A stretch of 64,000 bases of DNA from Gammaproteobacteria bacterium. GTDB lineage: Bacteria; Pseudomonadota; Gammaproteobacteria; SZUA-152. The notes under the pieces were generated by a model that was not told the DNA's origin, did not search any database, and saw only the letters and a program-made list of their open reading frames with translations. Made by a program: the position numbers and the translations under genes. Positions 31,329-42,402 of this stretch are shown one piece after another; positions within the stretch are counted from its first letter, which is position 1; each line of letters opens with the position of its first letter. The stretch covers positions 5,487 through 69,486 of the forward strand of contig JAKISS010000004.1 in the NCBI GenBank assembly GCA_021648485.1. Reading direction: 5' to 3'.

Positions 31329-31340
31329 AATTAATGGACA

Positions 31341-31367
31341 AAAAAACGGCCTTGGGGAAAGGCCGTT
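31341..31367 (-). terminator. Probable intrinsic terminator downstream of recG
   Basis: AACGGCCTT-GGGGA-AAGGCCGTT stem with an A-run on the left (U-tail on the minus strand). Confidence 0.6.
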
Positions 31368-31492
31368 AAACGAAATCACCACCTGAGAGGAATAATGATG
31401 ATTCAACGGAGTATTTAGACGCAGACATTTGAATAGTCAAGAAAACAGCCCCGTCATTCACTTTTCTTTCCTTGAGCCCGCCTGTATTTTTC

Positions 31493-33613
31493 TCACACCT
31501 TGCCGTATTGCAAACCATCACCCAGCCAACGTCGCATCAACGGAGCCACGCTTTCAGGATGCTCTTTCAGCAAAAGTTCAGCGCACCGGGCAATACGCGG
31601 AATCAATGCTTGATCTCGTTGGAAATCAGCAATACGCAAATTGACCAGCCCCGTTTGCCGGGTACCCAGCAATTCACCCGGGCCACGAATTTCCAGATCC
31701 CGCTGTGCCACCACAAAACCATCATTGCTTTCCCGTAAAATCGCCAGACGCGCCCGGGCTGTTTTTGATAACGCCGAACCATAAAGCAACACACAACTGC
31801 TTTGCTGCGTCCCCCGGCCCACACGACCACGTAACTGATGTAATTGTGATAGTCCCAGGCGCTCCGCATTATCAATAATCATCAGCGTCGCATTGGGCAC
31901 ATCGACACCCACCTCAATCACCGTGGTGGCCACCAGCAAATCAATGTCACCTGCTTTAAATACCGCCATCACTTTGGCTTTTTCCGCCGCTTTAAGCCGA
32001 CCATGCACCAAACCAATGCGCAAGTCCGGCAACGCCATTTGTAAGGCTTCCGCCGTTTCCTGTGCGGCCTGACATTGCAGCTTTTCAGATTCTTCCACCA
32101 GCGGGCACACCCAGTAAGCCTGTCGGCCACCCTGACACGCCTTATGGGTACGTGCCACGACTTCATCACGACGTTGCTCTGAAATCACCACTGTGTCCAC
32201 CGGACTACGGCCTGGCGGTAATTCATCAATAACCGACACTTCCAGATCAGCGTAGGCTGTCTGTGCCAGAGTGCGTGGAATCGGGGTCGCAGTCATCACC
32301 AGCTGATGCGGAAAACTTTCGCCATGCACACCATCACTCGCCCCCTTGTTGCGCAATGACAACCGCTGATGCACACCAAAACGATGCTGCTCATCAATAA
32401 TCACCAGTCCGAGCTGTCTGAATGCCACGCCCTTCTGAAACAAGGCCTGGGTACCCACAATCACCTGCGCACTGCCATCATTCATCGCTACCAGGGTATC
32501 TTTGCGCACCGCTCCTTTTATTTTACCGGAGAGCCAAAATACAGATACATCCAATGCGGATAACCACTGCGTAAAATTGATGCGGTGCTGTTCAGCAAGC
32601 AATTCTGTGGGGGCCATTACCGCCACCTGAAAACCCGCCTCCACGACTTGCAGGGCTGCCATTGCCGCGACAATGGTTTTGCCACTACCCACATCACCCT
32701 GTACCAGACGTTGCATCGGATGCGGCTGACCCAGATCTGATTTTATTTCATTGACCACTCGTTGCTGAGCTGCGGTTAACTTGAATGGCAGGTTTTTCTC
32801 TAAAGCTGTTTTTAAACGTCCACTGACACACATTGCCGCCGCTGCTTTTTTTTGTTGCTGGTGACGCAACTGGCGCAAACTAACCTGATGCGCCAACAAT
32901 TCTTCAAAAGCGAGACGCTGCTGCATGGGATGCTCACCCGCCTGCAATTCATGAACATCTGCATCCACCGGTGGATAATGCACATAATGAATGGCGGCTT
33001 GCAGGGTAGGCATTTTTTCCTGCTGCAATATTTCTGTGGGCAGAAACTCCGTTAATTGTGCGGCAAGTAATGTTGGTTCTGCCAATACCGAATGAATCAA
33101 CGTGCGCAACTTTAATTGACGCAAGCCTTCTGTAGTTGGATACACGGGAGTCAGCCGAGCTTCTTTTTTGACCGGTTCGGCATCGCCCTCCAACACCCGA
33201 TATTCTGGATGCACCATTTCCAGAGCGCCACCTGCTGCCCGCACCTCGCCAAAACATTCCACATAGGCACCACGCGCAAGGCTTGCCTGTTGCCGCGCAT
33301 TAAAATGAAAAAATCGCAAGGTTAAAAAGCCGGTCCCATCACTAATTCGTGACAACAACATACGACGGCGGCCATATTTTATTTCAGTGAGCTGCACTTC
33401 ACCCCGCACGGTAATTTCATCCCCATTGTGCAAACTGCCAAGTACGGCAGTCCGGGTACGGTCCTGATAACGCAAAGGCAAGTGGAATAATAAATCGGCA
33501 ATGTAATGAATGCCCAGATTGGCCAGCTTTTGCTGCACACTGGGGCCCACGCCTTTCAAACAGGTCAATGATTGGCTTTGAGGGTTTTCAGATATTGGTG
33601 ACGATTGATTCAA
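31493..33613 (-). CDS. recG: ATP-dependent DNA helicase RecG
   Basis: QGDVGSGKT, DEQHRFG, MTATPIPRTL, QLRGRVGRG and an N-terminal wedge domain. Confidence 0.98.
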   Translation of the reverse strand: MNQSSPISENPQSQSLTCLKGVGPSVQQKLANLGIHYIADLLFHLPLRYQDRTRTAVLGSLHNGDEITVRGEVQLTEIKYGRRRMLLSRISDGTGFLTLRFFHFNARQQASLARGAYVECFGEVRAAGGALEMVHPEYRVLEGDAEPVKKEARLTPVYPTTEGLRQLKLRTLIHSVLAEPTLLAAQLTEFLPTEILQQEKMPTLQAAIHYVHYPPVDADVHELQAGEHPMQQRLAFEELLAHQVSLRQLRHQQQKKAAAAMCVSGRLKTALEKNLPFKLTAAQQRVVNEIKSDLGQPHPMQRLVQGDVGSGKTIVAAMAALQVVEAGFQVAVMAPTELLAEQHRINFTQWLSALDVSVFWLSGKIKGAVRKDTLVAMNDGSAQVIVGTQALFQKGVAFRQLGLVIIDEQHRFGVHQRLSLRNKGASDGVHGESFPHQLVMTATPIPRTLAQTAYADLEVSVIDELPPGRSPVDTVVISEQRRDEVVARTHKACQGGRQAYWVCPLVEESEKLQCQAAQETAEALQMALPDLRIGLVHGRLKAAEKAKVMAVFKAGDIDLLVATTVIEVGVDVPNATLMIIDNAERLGLSQLHQLRGRVGRGTQQSSCVLLYGSALSKTARARLAILRESNDGFVVAQRDLEIRGPGELLGTRQTGLVNLRIADFQRDQALIPRIARCAELLLKEHPESVAPLMRRWLGDGLQYGKV

Positions 33614-33710
33614 GGCAACTTATCCACTGGCGGGATTCGCTGCGATTGTACACTGCCTCTGAGGTTTATGAAAAACGATGAGCTATCGGCTCATCGTTTT
33701 CCTGAACGCC

Positions 33711-34028
33711 CTATTTTTGACTGGCAAAAAATGCTGCCAGATCAGCAATATCGGTATCACTCAATTTGGCGGCCATCGTACTCATCATTGGGTCTTTACG
33801 CTTGCCATCACGATAATCCTTGATAGCCTTAACCAAATACAACTCTTGTTGTCCTGCCAAGTGCGGATTTGTCGGCATGCTGCTCTTGCCATTTACACCG
33901 TGGCAAGCGGCACAGCTGGCACTTTTTGCCTTGCCTGCAACAGCATCACCTGCATGCGCATTACCCAACATTAACGCTGTTGCCAACATTGCTGAACTTA
34001 ACAAAAGACCTCTAATCGATATGTTCAT
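33711..34028 (-). CDS. Small periplasmic monohaem cytochrome c (c553/c554 class I)
   Basis: Signal peptide (AHA), CAACHG, PHLAGQ and a distal Met in DPMMS. Confidence 0.92.
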   Translation of the reverse strand: MNISIRGLLLSSAMLATALMLGNAHAGDAVAGKAKSASCAACHGVNGKSSMPTNPHLAGQQELYLVKAIKDYRDGKRKDPMMSTMAAKLSDTDIADLAAFFASQK

Positions 34029-34099
34029 TTTATCTCTCCTTTTGTTTTCTCTGGTTTTCTAACTGTCGTCAGTCCTGCGATTTACATAAAACACATTTA

Positions 34100-34861
34100 T
34101 TAAGAAACATGGCCACCACTTGTCTGCACGTCTTCCGGCAATGTGTAAAACCACATTTGATAGATTGAAATTGCCCACTGCACGGCAAATGAAACACCCA
34201 TCAATGCACCACTCACCATTACTACCCACGCAAATGGTGGATAAACCTTAGTGAGATACCAGGAGCCTATATCCAACACAATTGCCAAAAAGGGCGTTGC
34301 TATCAATGCGCATTTGAGCCAGACAGGCTTAATGTAAGCATGGCAAAAAATTGAACCCACGATATAAAAAATAAAGGTAATACCAAACAAGTGGATGTGC
34401 GATACACGCACAAGAGTAAAAACATCCATACCCGTATCCAATTCGGCCATTACCATGATGTCCTCGTATTTTTTTAAACTTGCTATGTGCGGATTTGATC
34501 CGTTATGACAGACCATGCAACGCTTTTCTATAATCGGCTCAATCCGTGTTGTGTACTCTGTCTGCGCTGCCCCACGACGCACCCAGGCGATAATTTCATC
34601 CCGCTCATTCTGTGGCAGCATATTGGCCATGGGTCCCTTCAGAGCCCCCTCAAGGCGGGTATCTGACTTGCTGCCACTGTAGGCAATAATCAAATCATCC
34701 ACTGACAAACCCGGGTTTCCATCCCGGCCCGCATGCGAAGCAAAAATATAAATCATTGCAAACAGGTAACCCACTCCCAGCACAACCAGAGTGCCGGTAA
34801 ACATCACTCGCATGCCGACAGGTAACATGGAAAAATGGCTACAGTGCTCTTTTGTCAACAT
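34100..34861 (-). CDS. Uncharacterised membrane protein with one c-type haem motif
   Basis: N-terminal TM, soluble domain with CMVCH, then about three TM helices including SHIHLFG. Confidence 0.75.
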   Translation of the reverse strand: MLTKEHCSHFSMLPVGMRVMFTGTLVVLGVGYLFAMIYIFASHAGRDGNPGLSVDDLIIAYSGSKSDTRLEGALKGPMANMLPQNERDEIIAWVRRGAAQTEYTTRIEPIIEKRCMVCHNGSNPHIASLKKYEDIMVMAELDTGMDVFTLVRVSHIHLFGITFIFYIVGSIFCHAYIKPVWLKCALIATPFLAIVLDIGSWYLTKVYPPFAWVVMVSGALMGVSFAVQWAISIYQMWFYTLPEDVQTSGGHVS

Positions 34862-35156
34862 TCAGAAATCTCTCTTGAGCGCTATCGTTATGTATAATTA
34901 TCGCCGTTTTTCACTCTATTGCCACCGGCCCGATAAAACTATATTTAAAATACATGTATAAATCAATACTTTCAATTCTTATTCAACATACCTCAAACCC
35001 CGGAAAAACCAACGACATTTCATGCCTTAATCATCATGCATTATATGCAGCAATTCATACTACCGGGATCCTGCGGGTAAACGCACCATGGTAAACACCA
35101 TCATTTGCGGGATTTAGGGGCTATACTTTCACATCGATAACCGCCGGAGGCACCCT

Positions 35157-35552
35157 GTGTACCAATATCGACCGACTTGTCTGACACTACCTGCTGTCGC
35201 CGTTGCATTACTGCTTAGTAGTTGTGACAGCACAGCCCCTGTTGCCGAAGTCAGTTTTTCCAAACAAATACAACCCATTCTTACCCAGCATTGTCTGAAA
35301 TGCCATGATGAAAAGGGTGAGGGCACGGTTGCCAGCGGTTTGAGATTATCGGGCTATGAAACATTGTTACAAGGCACCAAATTCGGGCCGGTCATCAAAC
35401 CCGGAGACAGCCTGTCCAGCACCTTGATTATTTTGGTTGAGGGGCGTGCAAACCCTTCCATTAATATGCCGCACGGCAACCAGACACCGTTGAACAGCGG
35501 GCAAATCCAGACATTGCGTCAGTGGATTGACCAGGGTGCGCGCAATAATTAA
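35157..35552 (+). CDS. Lipoprotein c-type cytochrome (planctomycete cytochrome c-like domain)
   Basis: GGAGG RBS with GTG start, lipobox LLSSC, F...IQPIL..HCLKCH, GLRL, PG....S.L, MP and WIDQGA. Confidence 0.8.
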   Translation: MYQYRPTCLTLPAVAVALLLSSCDSTAPVAEVSFSKQIQPILTQHCLKCHDEKGEGTVASGLRLSGYETLLQGTKFGPVIKPGDSLSSTLIILVEGRANPSINMPHGNQTPLNSGQIQTLRQWIDQGARNN

Positions 35553-35962
35553 GTCAGCACCATAATAGCATCCATCTCCACCGGAACATCTTTGGGCAGG
35601 CTGGCAACACCCACCGCAGCACGCGCGGGATAGGGCTGCTGAAAATAATCAGCCATTATTTCATTCACCAGCGCAAAGTGAGAAAGGTCCGTGAGAAAAA
35701 CATTTAACTTGGCAATATCTGCCAGACTACCACCTGCTGCCATGGTGACCGCTTGCAGATTATCAAACACCAGGCGGATTTGCGCAGCCATATCCGCATC
35801 AAGCACTTCCATGGTTTCCGGCACTAATGGAATTTGCCCGGAAAGGTACACAGTATCGCCAACCTTTATCGCTTGTGAATAAGTGCCAATGGCATCGGGT
35901 GCTGCATCGGTATGTATTGCTTCACGTTTTTTTACTTCAACATTAATCGCCTGACTCATCAA
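35549..35962 (-). CDS. RidA/YjgF family reactive-intermediate deaminase
   Basis: [17 protein letters not shown] and [13 protein letters not shown]; the usual position downstream of spoT. Confidence 0.93.
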   Translation of the reverse strand: MMSQAINVEVKKREAIHTDAAPDAIGTYSQAIKVGDTVYLSGQIPLVPETMEVLDADMAAQIRLVFDNLQAVTMAAGGSLADIAKLNVFLTDLSHFALVNEIMADYFQQPYPARAAVGVASLPKDVPVEMDAIMVLT

Positions 35963-35976
35963 TTTCTCCTGTTTTG

Positions 35977-38148
35977 TTATGATTTTGATCGCGCAATTTT
36001 TACCACACCCTTGGTGGATTTTATACGTCGCATCAACTGCGCCAAATGCACTCGATCCTTTACGGATACCGTAAACATCATCGTAGAATAACGACCATCA
36101 TGTTCTGTAATGGATACATTTTCAATGTTGGATTCAAGATCTGAAATAACCGCTGCCACCGTGGCCAAAACACCACGCCGGTTTGCCGTATCCACACGAA
36201 TATCTACCGGGTAAGAGCCCTCAACATCTTTTTGCCATTGTACGTCCACCCAGCGCTCCGGGCTGTTTTTGAATTCACCCACATTTTTACAACCGCGCAG
36301 ATGTATCACAATACCCCGACCCGCACTCACGAAACCCAGGATTGGATCACCTGGAATCGGATGACAACATTTAGCATAAGTAACAACCGAGCCTTCCGTG
36401 CCACGAATAGCCAGCGGTTGATTAACTGAGCGATTGACTGATGTTTTCATCCAGCCCGGTACATAACGGGTAAACATGCCTTTCACACCGGCACTTTCCC
36501 GGTTACGCAAATGTTTGCCTGACTGTATATCTGCAATTTGTCGGGCAACCACCGATGCCACTCGTTTTCCTAAACTGACATCTTCGTAAAGATCATCCAG
36601 TTGTTTTACATTCAGGTTATTCAGAATTTCACGCTGTGACTCTGCTGAAATTTTATCCCAGGGAACCGAAATAGCCGCCATCGCTTTTTCTAACAACCGT
36701 TTGCCCAAACTGATCGCCTCATCCCGCTGCATGTGCTTCAAAAAATAGCGTATGTTGGCGCGTGCTTTACCTGTCGTCACAAAGTCCAGCCAAACCGGGT
36801 TTGGCTTTGCGCCAGGTGCAGTAATAATTTCCACCGTTTGCCCATTGAGCAATACGCTGCGCAATGGTGACAGGCGTCGGTCAATCATCACCGACACACA
36901 GGTGTTGCCCACATCGGTATGCACTGCGTAGGCAAAGTCCAGCGCTGTTGCGCCCCGTGAAATATTCATGATGTCGCCTTCAGGCGTGAATACATATACT
37001 TCATCAGGAAATAAATCGATTTTTGCATTTTCAAGAAATTCTTCAGAATTGCCCGCATTTTGCTGCATTTCCAATAAACGCTTGAGCCACTCAGTAGCAT
37101 GCACTGGCGTAGCATCACCGGTTTTATACAACCAGTGCGCGGCAATACCGGCTTCCGCCACACGCTGCATCTCTTCGGAACGAATCTGAACTTCAATAGG
37201 AATGCCGTAGGGGCTGAACAAAATAGTATGCAGAGATTGATAACCATTGGCCTTGGGTATGGCAATATAATCCTTGAACCGGCCCGGCATCGGTTTATAC
37301 AAGTTGTGTACGACACCTAATGCGCGATAACAAGTATCAACCTTGTCAACAACCAGCCTGAACGCAAAAACATCGGCAATTTCTTTAAACGTTAACACTT
37401 TATTACGCATTTTCTGATAAATGCTGTAAAGATGTTTTTCTCTGCCAATGACCGGAACATCCAGCCCTTCACTGCGCAGGCGTTCTTTAATGGCAATGCG
37501 GATTTTATCGACAATTTCCTTGCGATGCCCTCGGGCCTGTTTTACCGCTTTGTCCAGCACCCGGTAACGTAACGGATAGATTGCCTCAAAACATAAATCC
37601 TCTAATTCCAGACAGATATTCTTCATGCCCAGGCGATTGGCAATGGGTGCATAAATTTCCAGTGTTTCACGCGCAATACGCCGTTTTTTATCAGGCCGCA
37701 TCACATTCAGAGTGCGCATGTTGTGCAGGCGATCTGCCAGCTTGATAAGAATAATGCGAATATCCTTCGCCATAGCGAGGATCATTTTGCGGAAATTTTC
37801 AGCCTGCGCTTCGGCCTTGCTGCCAAATTTAACCTGGGTCAGTTTGGTTACACCATCCACCAAAGCGGCCACTTCTTCGCTGAAACTGCTCACCAGGGTT
37901 TCTCTGACAGTGTCGGTGTCTTCAATCACATCATGCAACAGTGCCGCAATGATGGTGTTGTAGTCCATGCGCATTTCGGCCAGGATTCTGGCCACGGCAA
38001 GCGGATGATAAATATAGGGTTCACCGCTAAGCCGATACTGACCTTCGTGGGCTTCGGCACCAAACAGATATGCCCGATAAACTTCCTTTACCTGATCCGG
38101 TTCAAGATACCCTTCCAGCAGAGTACACAGATCATGGATTAGAAACAC
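35977..38148 (-). CDS. spoT: Bifunctional (p)ppGpp synthetase/hydrolase
   Basis: Intact HD domain (LLHDVIEDT), synthetase [28 protein letters not shown] and ACT domains; follows rpoZ. Confidence 0.97.
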   Translation of the reverse strand: MFLIHDLCTLLEGYLEPDQVKEVYRAYLFGAEAHEGQYRLSGEPYIYHPLAVARILAEMRMDYNTIIAALLHDVIEDTDTVRETLVSSFSEEVAALVDGVTKLTQVKFGSKAEAQAENFRKMILAMAKDIRIILIKLADRLHNMRTLNVMRPDKKRRIARETLEIYAPIANRLGMKNICLELEDLCFEAIYPLRYRVLDKAVKQARGHRKEIVDKIRIAIKERLRSEGLDVPVIGREKHLYSIYQKMRNKVLTFKEIADVFAFRLVVDKVDTCYRALGVVHNLYKPMPGRFKDYIAIPKANGYQSLHTILFSPYGIPIEVQIRSEEMQRVAEAGIAAHWLYKTGDATPVHATEWLKRLLEMQQNAGNSEEFLENAKIDLFPDEVYVFTPEGDIMNISRGATALDFAYAVHTDVGNTCVSVMIDRRLSPLRSVLLNGQTVEIITAPGAKPNPVWLDFVTTGKARANIRYFLKHMQRDEAISLGKRLLEKAMAAISVPWDKISAESQREILNNLNVKQLDDLYEDVSLGKRVASVVARQIADIQSGKHLRNRESAGVKGMFTRYVPGWMKTSVNRSVNQPLAIRGTEGSVVTYAKCCHPIPGDPILGFVSAGRGIVIHLRGCKNVGEFKNSPERWVDVQWQKDVEGSYPVDIRVDTANRRGVLATVAAVISDLESNIENVSITEHDGRYSTMMFTVSVKDRVHLAQLMRRIKSTKGVVKIARSKS

Positions 38149-38348
38149 CGGACTCTCTTTATCTTAACGTCTTTACAATGGAGGAGCAGGAGCCCCCTAT
38201 TTTTAGGTGGGAGCATCCTGACAAGAAGGATTTCTACCGACGAGCACATGCCCTCAACCAAAAGGCACATGAAAATATAACGGTTATTATCCAGACCCTG
38301 CAAGAACGTGCTCTCTCGTGAGTGCGAATTCTTGCCGGATGTTAGGTA

Positions 38349-38636
38349 TTAGTTTTCGTGTCGCTCGGCAAATTCAGCCGCTTCCGCTGCAGCCGCTTCT
38401 GCTTCAGCAGCTTCGCGCGCCAGGCGCTCGTCACTGGCCATTTTTTCCAGTATTTTGTTACTGATTTTACCTTCGCCAATCTCACGCAGGGCAACAACTG
38501 TGGCTTTGTCATTTTCCCAATCCACCATTGCCTCCTTACCATTAACCAGTTGCCGGGCACGCTTGCTCGCCAACAACACCAGGTCAAAACGACTGTTGAC
38601 ATTTTCCAGACAATCTTCGACGGTAACTCGTGCCAT
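38349..38636 (-). CDS. rpoZ: RNA polymerase omega subunit
   Basis: [10 protein letters not shown]...[15 protein letters not shown]...ALREI; true start 38636. Confidence 0.97.
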   Translation of the reverse strand: MARVTVEDCLENVNSRFDLVLLASKRARQLVNGKEAMVDWENDKATVVALREIGEGKISNKILEKMASDERLAREAAEAEAAAAEAAEFAERHEN

Positions 38637-38812
38637 GATGCAAAACTCCTGAATGTGGACCGTAAAAAACGAATCCTGATAATTTGAATGTGGCCCTCTA
38701 CACCGCAAAACCGGTGAATTTCCACGAGGGCGGAAAATTGTACAAAAACGGGCCCAGCTTTACCAGCTCTAAAACAGCTCTGATGGGGCCGGACAAAAAC
38801 AGACAGGCCGCA

Positions 38813-39442
38813 TTACTCTAATAAATCGGCCAATAAATTCTGCAAACTAACACGTTGACGCTCAATCCTCAGTCGTTGACTGCTGATGATTGCCTGCAAA
38901 TTTGTCACAGCGGTATCAAAATCGTCGTTCACCACCACATAATCAAACTCATCATAGTGCGACATTTCGGCTTCCGCATCCTGCATTCGTCGGGCAATAA
39001 CAGCTTCATCGTCCTGACCGCGCCCGGTAAGCCGCTCCCGCAGCGCCACTTTGGAGGGTGGCAAAATAAAAATGTCCACCGCATCTACAAAACATTCACG
39101 TATCTGACGAGCCCCCTGCCAATCAATTTCCAAAATAACATCCTGTCCCAGGGCCAGCTGCGCCATCACTGCCGCCTGCGATGTACCGTAATAATGATCA
39201 AACACTTGGGCATACTCCAGGAAATCTCCCTGTGCGATCATTTCTTTGAAAGCATTTTCATCCACAAAATGATAATGCACACCATCCTGCTCACCAGGAC
39301 GCATGACTCGCGTGGTATGAGATACCGACACCCCGATACCGTTCGCACCCTCAAGCAATACCTTTAACAGGCTCGTTTTACCCGCACCGGAAGGAGCTGA
39401 AACAATATAAAGCGTGCCACTGGCACCCTGCTGCTGTGTCAT
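38813..39442 (-). CDS. gmk: Guanylate kinase
   Basis: [25 protein letters not shown] and LEIDWQGA. Confidence 0.97.
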   Translation of the reverse strand: MTQQQGASGTLYIVSAPSGAGKTSLLKVLLEGANGIGVSVSHTTRVMRPGEQDGVHYHFVDENAFKEMIAQGDFLEYAQVFDHYYGTSQAAVMAQLALGQDVILEIDWQGARQIRECFVDAVDIFILPPSKVALRERLTGRGQDDEAVIARRMQDAEAEMSHYDEFDYVVVNDDFDTAVTNLQAIISSQRLRIERQRVSLQNLLADLLE

Positions 39443-39516
39443 GCAGATATCCTCCCAAAACATAACGACTGTTAACGTGTGCCTGAAATACCGACTGTTG
39501 TAACCAACGAACCGGA

Positions 39517-40395
39517 TTATTCGATATTCTGAATCTGCTCCCGCATCTGCTCAATCAGCACCTTTAATTCCACCGAAACAGCCGTGGTATCGGTGTGTAC
39601 CGACTTTGAGCCCAGCGTATTGGCCTCCCGGTTCAGCTCCTGCATGAGAAAATCCAACCGCCGACCCACTGGCTCATCCTGGGTTAATACCCGCCGTACT
39701 TCGCCAACATGGGCCTTGAGGCGCTCAATCTCCTCGTCTACATCCGCCTTATTGAGCAACAACACAACTTCCTGCTCTAACCGCGCCGGGTCCAATTCAC
39801 CCTGGATTTCCGCCAGACGTTTCTCCAGCCGCTCGCGTGTTGCCCGTAAAATCTCTGGCAAACGCTCCATCACTATTTTTATCTGCGCATCAATGGCGGC
39901 GCAACGTGCCTCGATCACTGTCTTGAGTTTTTTACCCTCACGCGCCCGTGAATCCAGCAAATCCACCAGTGCAGCCTCCAACAAAACCTGGGCATCGGCA
40001 ACCAGTTGCTGAGTATTTTTTTCCGGCACCTTCAGCACCCCGGGCCATTGTAAAACCTCCAGGGCATTGATCGGAGCCGCGCTGTATAATAACTGATCAA
40101 TTTCTCGAGTCACATGAGCCAGTTTTTCCACCAGCGCCTTATCAACGTCCAACGGCGGCGACTCATTGTCTGCCGATTGACCGGCGGTTTGAAAACGCAA
40201 AGTCGCATCAATTTTTCCCCGCTTGATGCATTTAGCCACCTGCTCCCGGATTTTTGGTTCCAGAAAACGCAGCTCCTCCGGCAAACGCAAACTGACTTCA
40301 GAAAACCGGTGATTGACCGATCTTAATTCCCAGACGAGGTGCCCATTTTCAGTATCGCCTTCCTGTCGGGAAAACGCCGTCATGCTGTAAATCAT
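39517..40395 (-). CDS. yicC: YicC family endoribonuclease
   Basis: [37 protein letters not shown] and [11 protein letters not shown]. Confidence 0.95.
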   Translation of the reverse strand: MIYSMTAFSRQEGDTENGHLVWELRSVNHRFSEVSLRLPEELRFLEPKIREQVAKCIKRGKIDATLRFQTAGQSADNESPPLDVDKALVEKLAHVTREIDQLLYSAAPINALEVLQWPGVLKVPEKNTQQLVADAQVLLEAALVDLLDSRAREGKKLKTVIEARCAAIDAQIKIVMERLPEILRATRERLEKRLAEIQGELDPARLEQEVVLLLNKADVDEEIERLKAHVGEVRRVLTQDEPVGRRLDFLMQELNREANTLGSKSVHTDTTAVSVELKVLIEQMREQIQNIE

Positions 40396-40514
40396 CTCCA
40401 ATTGCTCCCGAAAGGTTGTGTGCTGCGAATCAAAGCGCAGTGTAACGCCAAATCGACACACGGAGAACCGGCCTTTGCAACAATGCACCGTGATCAAAAA
40501 ACGGTAATGTATTT

Positions 40515-41444
40515 ATGATTGAACCTGACACTGCCCTTCCTGCCGGTACAGAACTGGAACACTACCGCATCAACAGTACATTAAGTGCTGGCGGCTTCGG
40601 CATTGTGTACCTCGCCACCGATTTACAAAACAATCTGCAAATTGTCATCAAAGAATACATGCCCAACAAGCTGGCACAGCGCCTGCCCGATGGTTTTGTC
40701 ATGCCACAGGGCGAACAACAACAGGAACACCATAACGAAGGCATGCGTCTGTTTTTGCAGGAAGCCGCCGCGCTGATCAAACTCAAACATCCCAACATTG
40801 TGCGCGTACTGAATTTTTTCCGCGCCAATGGCACTGTTTATATGGTGATGGAATATCGCCCCGGTAAAAATTTGCAACGTTATATCAAAAGTCGCAACGG
40901 TAACCTCAGTGAACATTTCTTGCGTACCATTTTCCCACCCTTACTGGAAGGACTGCGGGTCGTTCACGAAACCGGGTTTCTGCACCTGGACATCAAGCCC
41001 GGCAACATTCATTTGTGTCCCGGCGGCGCTCCGCTGCTCTTGGATTTCGGGGCAGTACACCCCCGCAATACCAGCCGTAAACTGCAAGTCACCCAGGTGG
41101 TTACCGCCGGGTTTTCACCCATAGAACAATACAACCTTGGCGGCTACATTGGCCCCTGGACCGACATCTACGCTATTGGAGCCTCCATGCGCGCCTGCAT
41201 CGAAGGTGGTGCGCCCATGTCAGCCAAAGACCGAAACGAAAAAGACAAAATGAAACCTGCCATTCATGCTTTTAAACGACGTTACTCTGCCAGTCTTTTA
41301 CAGGCAATGGATTGGGCCATGGAAATGGATCCTCTGTTACGTCCGCAAACCGTTGATGAATTTCTTGACACTATAAATCAGCAGGACAATAAAGGTGACA
41401 ACCTGCTGGGCAAAATTGTCGATACATTAACCCGGCCACTCTGA
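40515..41444 (+). CDS. Hanks-type serine/threonine protein kinase (cytoplasmic)
   Basis: LSAGGFGIVY, IKEY, HLDIKPGN, LLDFG, FSPIEQY and DIYAIG. Confidence 0.93.
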   Translation: MIEPDTALPAGTELEHYRINSTLSAGGFGIVYLATDLQNNLQIVIKEYMPNKLAQRLPDGFVMPQGEQQQEHHNEGMRLFLQEAAALIKLKHPNIVRVLNFFRANGTVYMVMEYRPGKNLQRYIKSRNGNLSEHFLRTIFPPLLEGLRVVHETGFLHLDIKPGNIHLCPGGAPLLLDFGAVHPRNTSRKLQVTQVVTAGFSPIEQYNLGGYIGPWTDIYAIGASMRACIEGGAPMSAKDRNEKDKMKPAIHAFKRRYSASLLQAMDWAMEMDPLLRPQTVDEFLDTINQQDNKGDNLLGKIVDTLTRPL

Positions 41445-41445
41445 C

Positions 41446-42285
41446 ATGAAATATCAACTCGCCAAAACATCCCGCCTCGGCAATCGTGTTGTGAACGAAG
41501 ATCGTATCGGTGTTGTGGAGCACAATAATACCGTATTACTGATTCTGGCAGATGGCATGGGAGGATACCGTGGCGGACAGATTGCCTCCAAGGCCATGGT
41601 CAATCGCATGCTGCGACAATTTAAACGCAGCAAATTGCCCGCTGCCGATCCCGTTGCTTTTCTTAAAGACCTGATTGTCGATGCCCATCTCGCTGTACTG
41701 CGCGCAGGCAATGAACAATACCCACCCATTGAGCCACGCACCACCTGCGTGGTGTGCCTGATTCAGGAAGGTAATGCCTGGTGGGCCCATGTGGGCGACA
41801 GCCGCCTGTATCTTTTCCGTGGCGGCAAACCGTTTATGCACACAGTCGATCATTCAAAAATCGAAGAACTGCGTCGCAAAGGAAAACTCAGCAAAGAGGA
41901 AATGGATAAACACCCGCAACGACATCTGGTTACACGTTGCGTGGGCTACCAGAAACATCCACCTATTCCCACCGTCAGTGACAAAATCCCGTTAGAAAAA
42001 TATGACATGCTATTACTGTGCAGTGATGGCTTGTGGGGACCACTCACAAAAGAAAATATTGCGGACACATTAACCCGGAACCCGCTGGCCGAAGCCGTTG
42101 AACGTATTGCCTATCAGGCCGAATTTCGCAGCTACCCGGAGGCGGACAACATCAGCGTGATTACCCTGCGCTGGATTTCCAATGAGATAGACAAAGCCGA
42201 AAAAACACCAAAAGAAGACGCGCAGGATGAATTAACACAAACTATCATTGCTCTCGATAGTGCCATAGATAAACTCAATCCCTGA
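41446..42285 (+). CDS. PP2C/PPM-family Ser/Thr protein phosphatase
   Basis: NEDR, ADGMGG, HVGDSRLY, LCSDGLW and DNIS. Confidence 0.93.
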   Translation: MKYQLAKTSRLGNRVVNEDRIGVVEHNNTVLLILADGMGGYRGGQIASKAMVNRMLRQFKRSKLPAADPVAFLKDLIVDAHLAVLRAGNEQYPPIEPRTTCVVCLIQEGNAWWAHVGDSRLYLFRGGKPFMHTVDHSKIEELRRKGKLSKEEMDKHPQRHLVTRCVGYQKHPPIPTVSDKIPLEKYDMLLLCSDGLWGPLTKENIADTLTRNPLAEAVERIAYQAEFRSYPEADNISVITLRWISNEIDKAEKTPKEDAQDELTQTIIALDSAIDKLNP

Positions 42286-42298
42286 TCGTACTTATTTT

Positions 42299-42358
42299 TC
42301 ACTGATGTTACGCAAATGACGCAGAGAAAAACCTAAAAACTCCGTGTTCTCTGTGTTA
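42299..42358. repeat. Degenerate CGCAGAG/CACAGAG-type palindromic repeat, copy 2
   Basis: Shares gcagagaaa, ctaaaaact and ctctg.gtt with the copy at 176-234. Confidence 0.55.
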
Positions 42359-42402
42359 ACAACACGGCACCTCTTCAATATATTTTTTATGCAAAAAACC
42401 CA

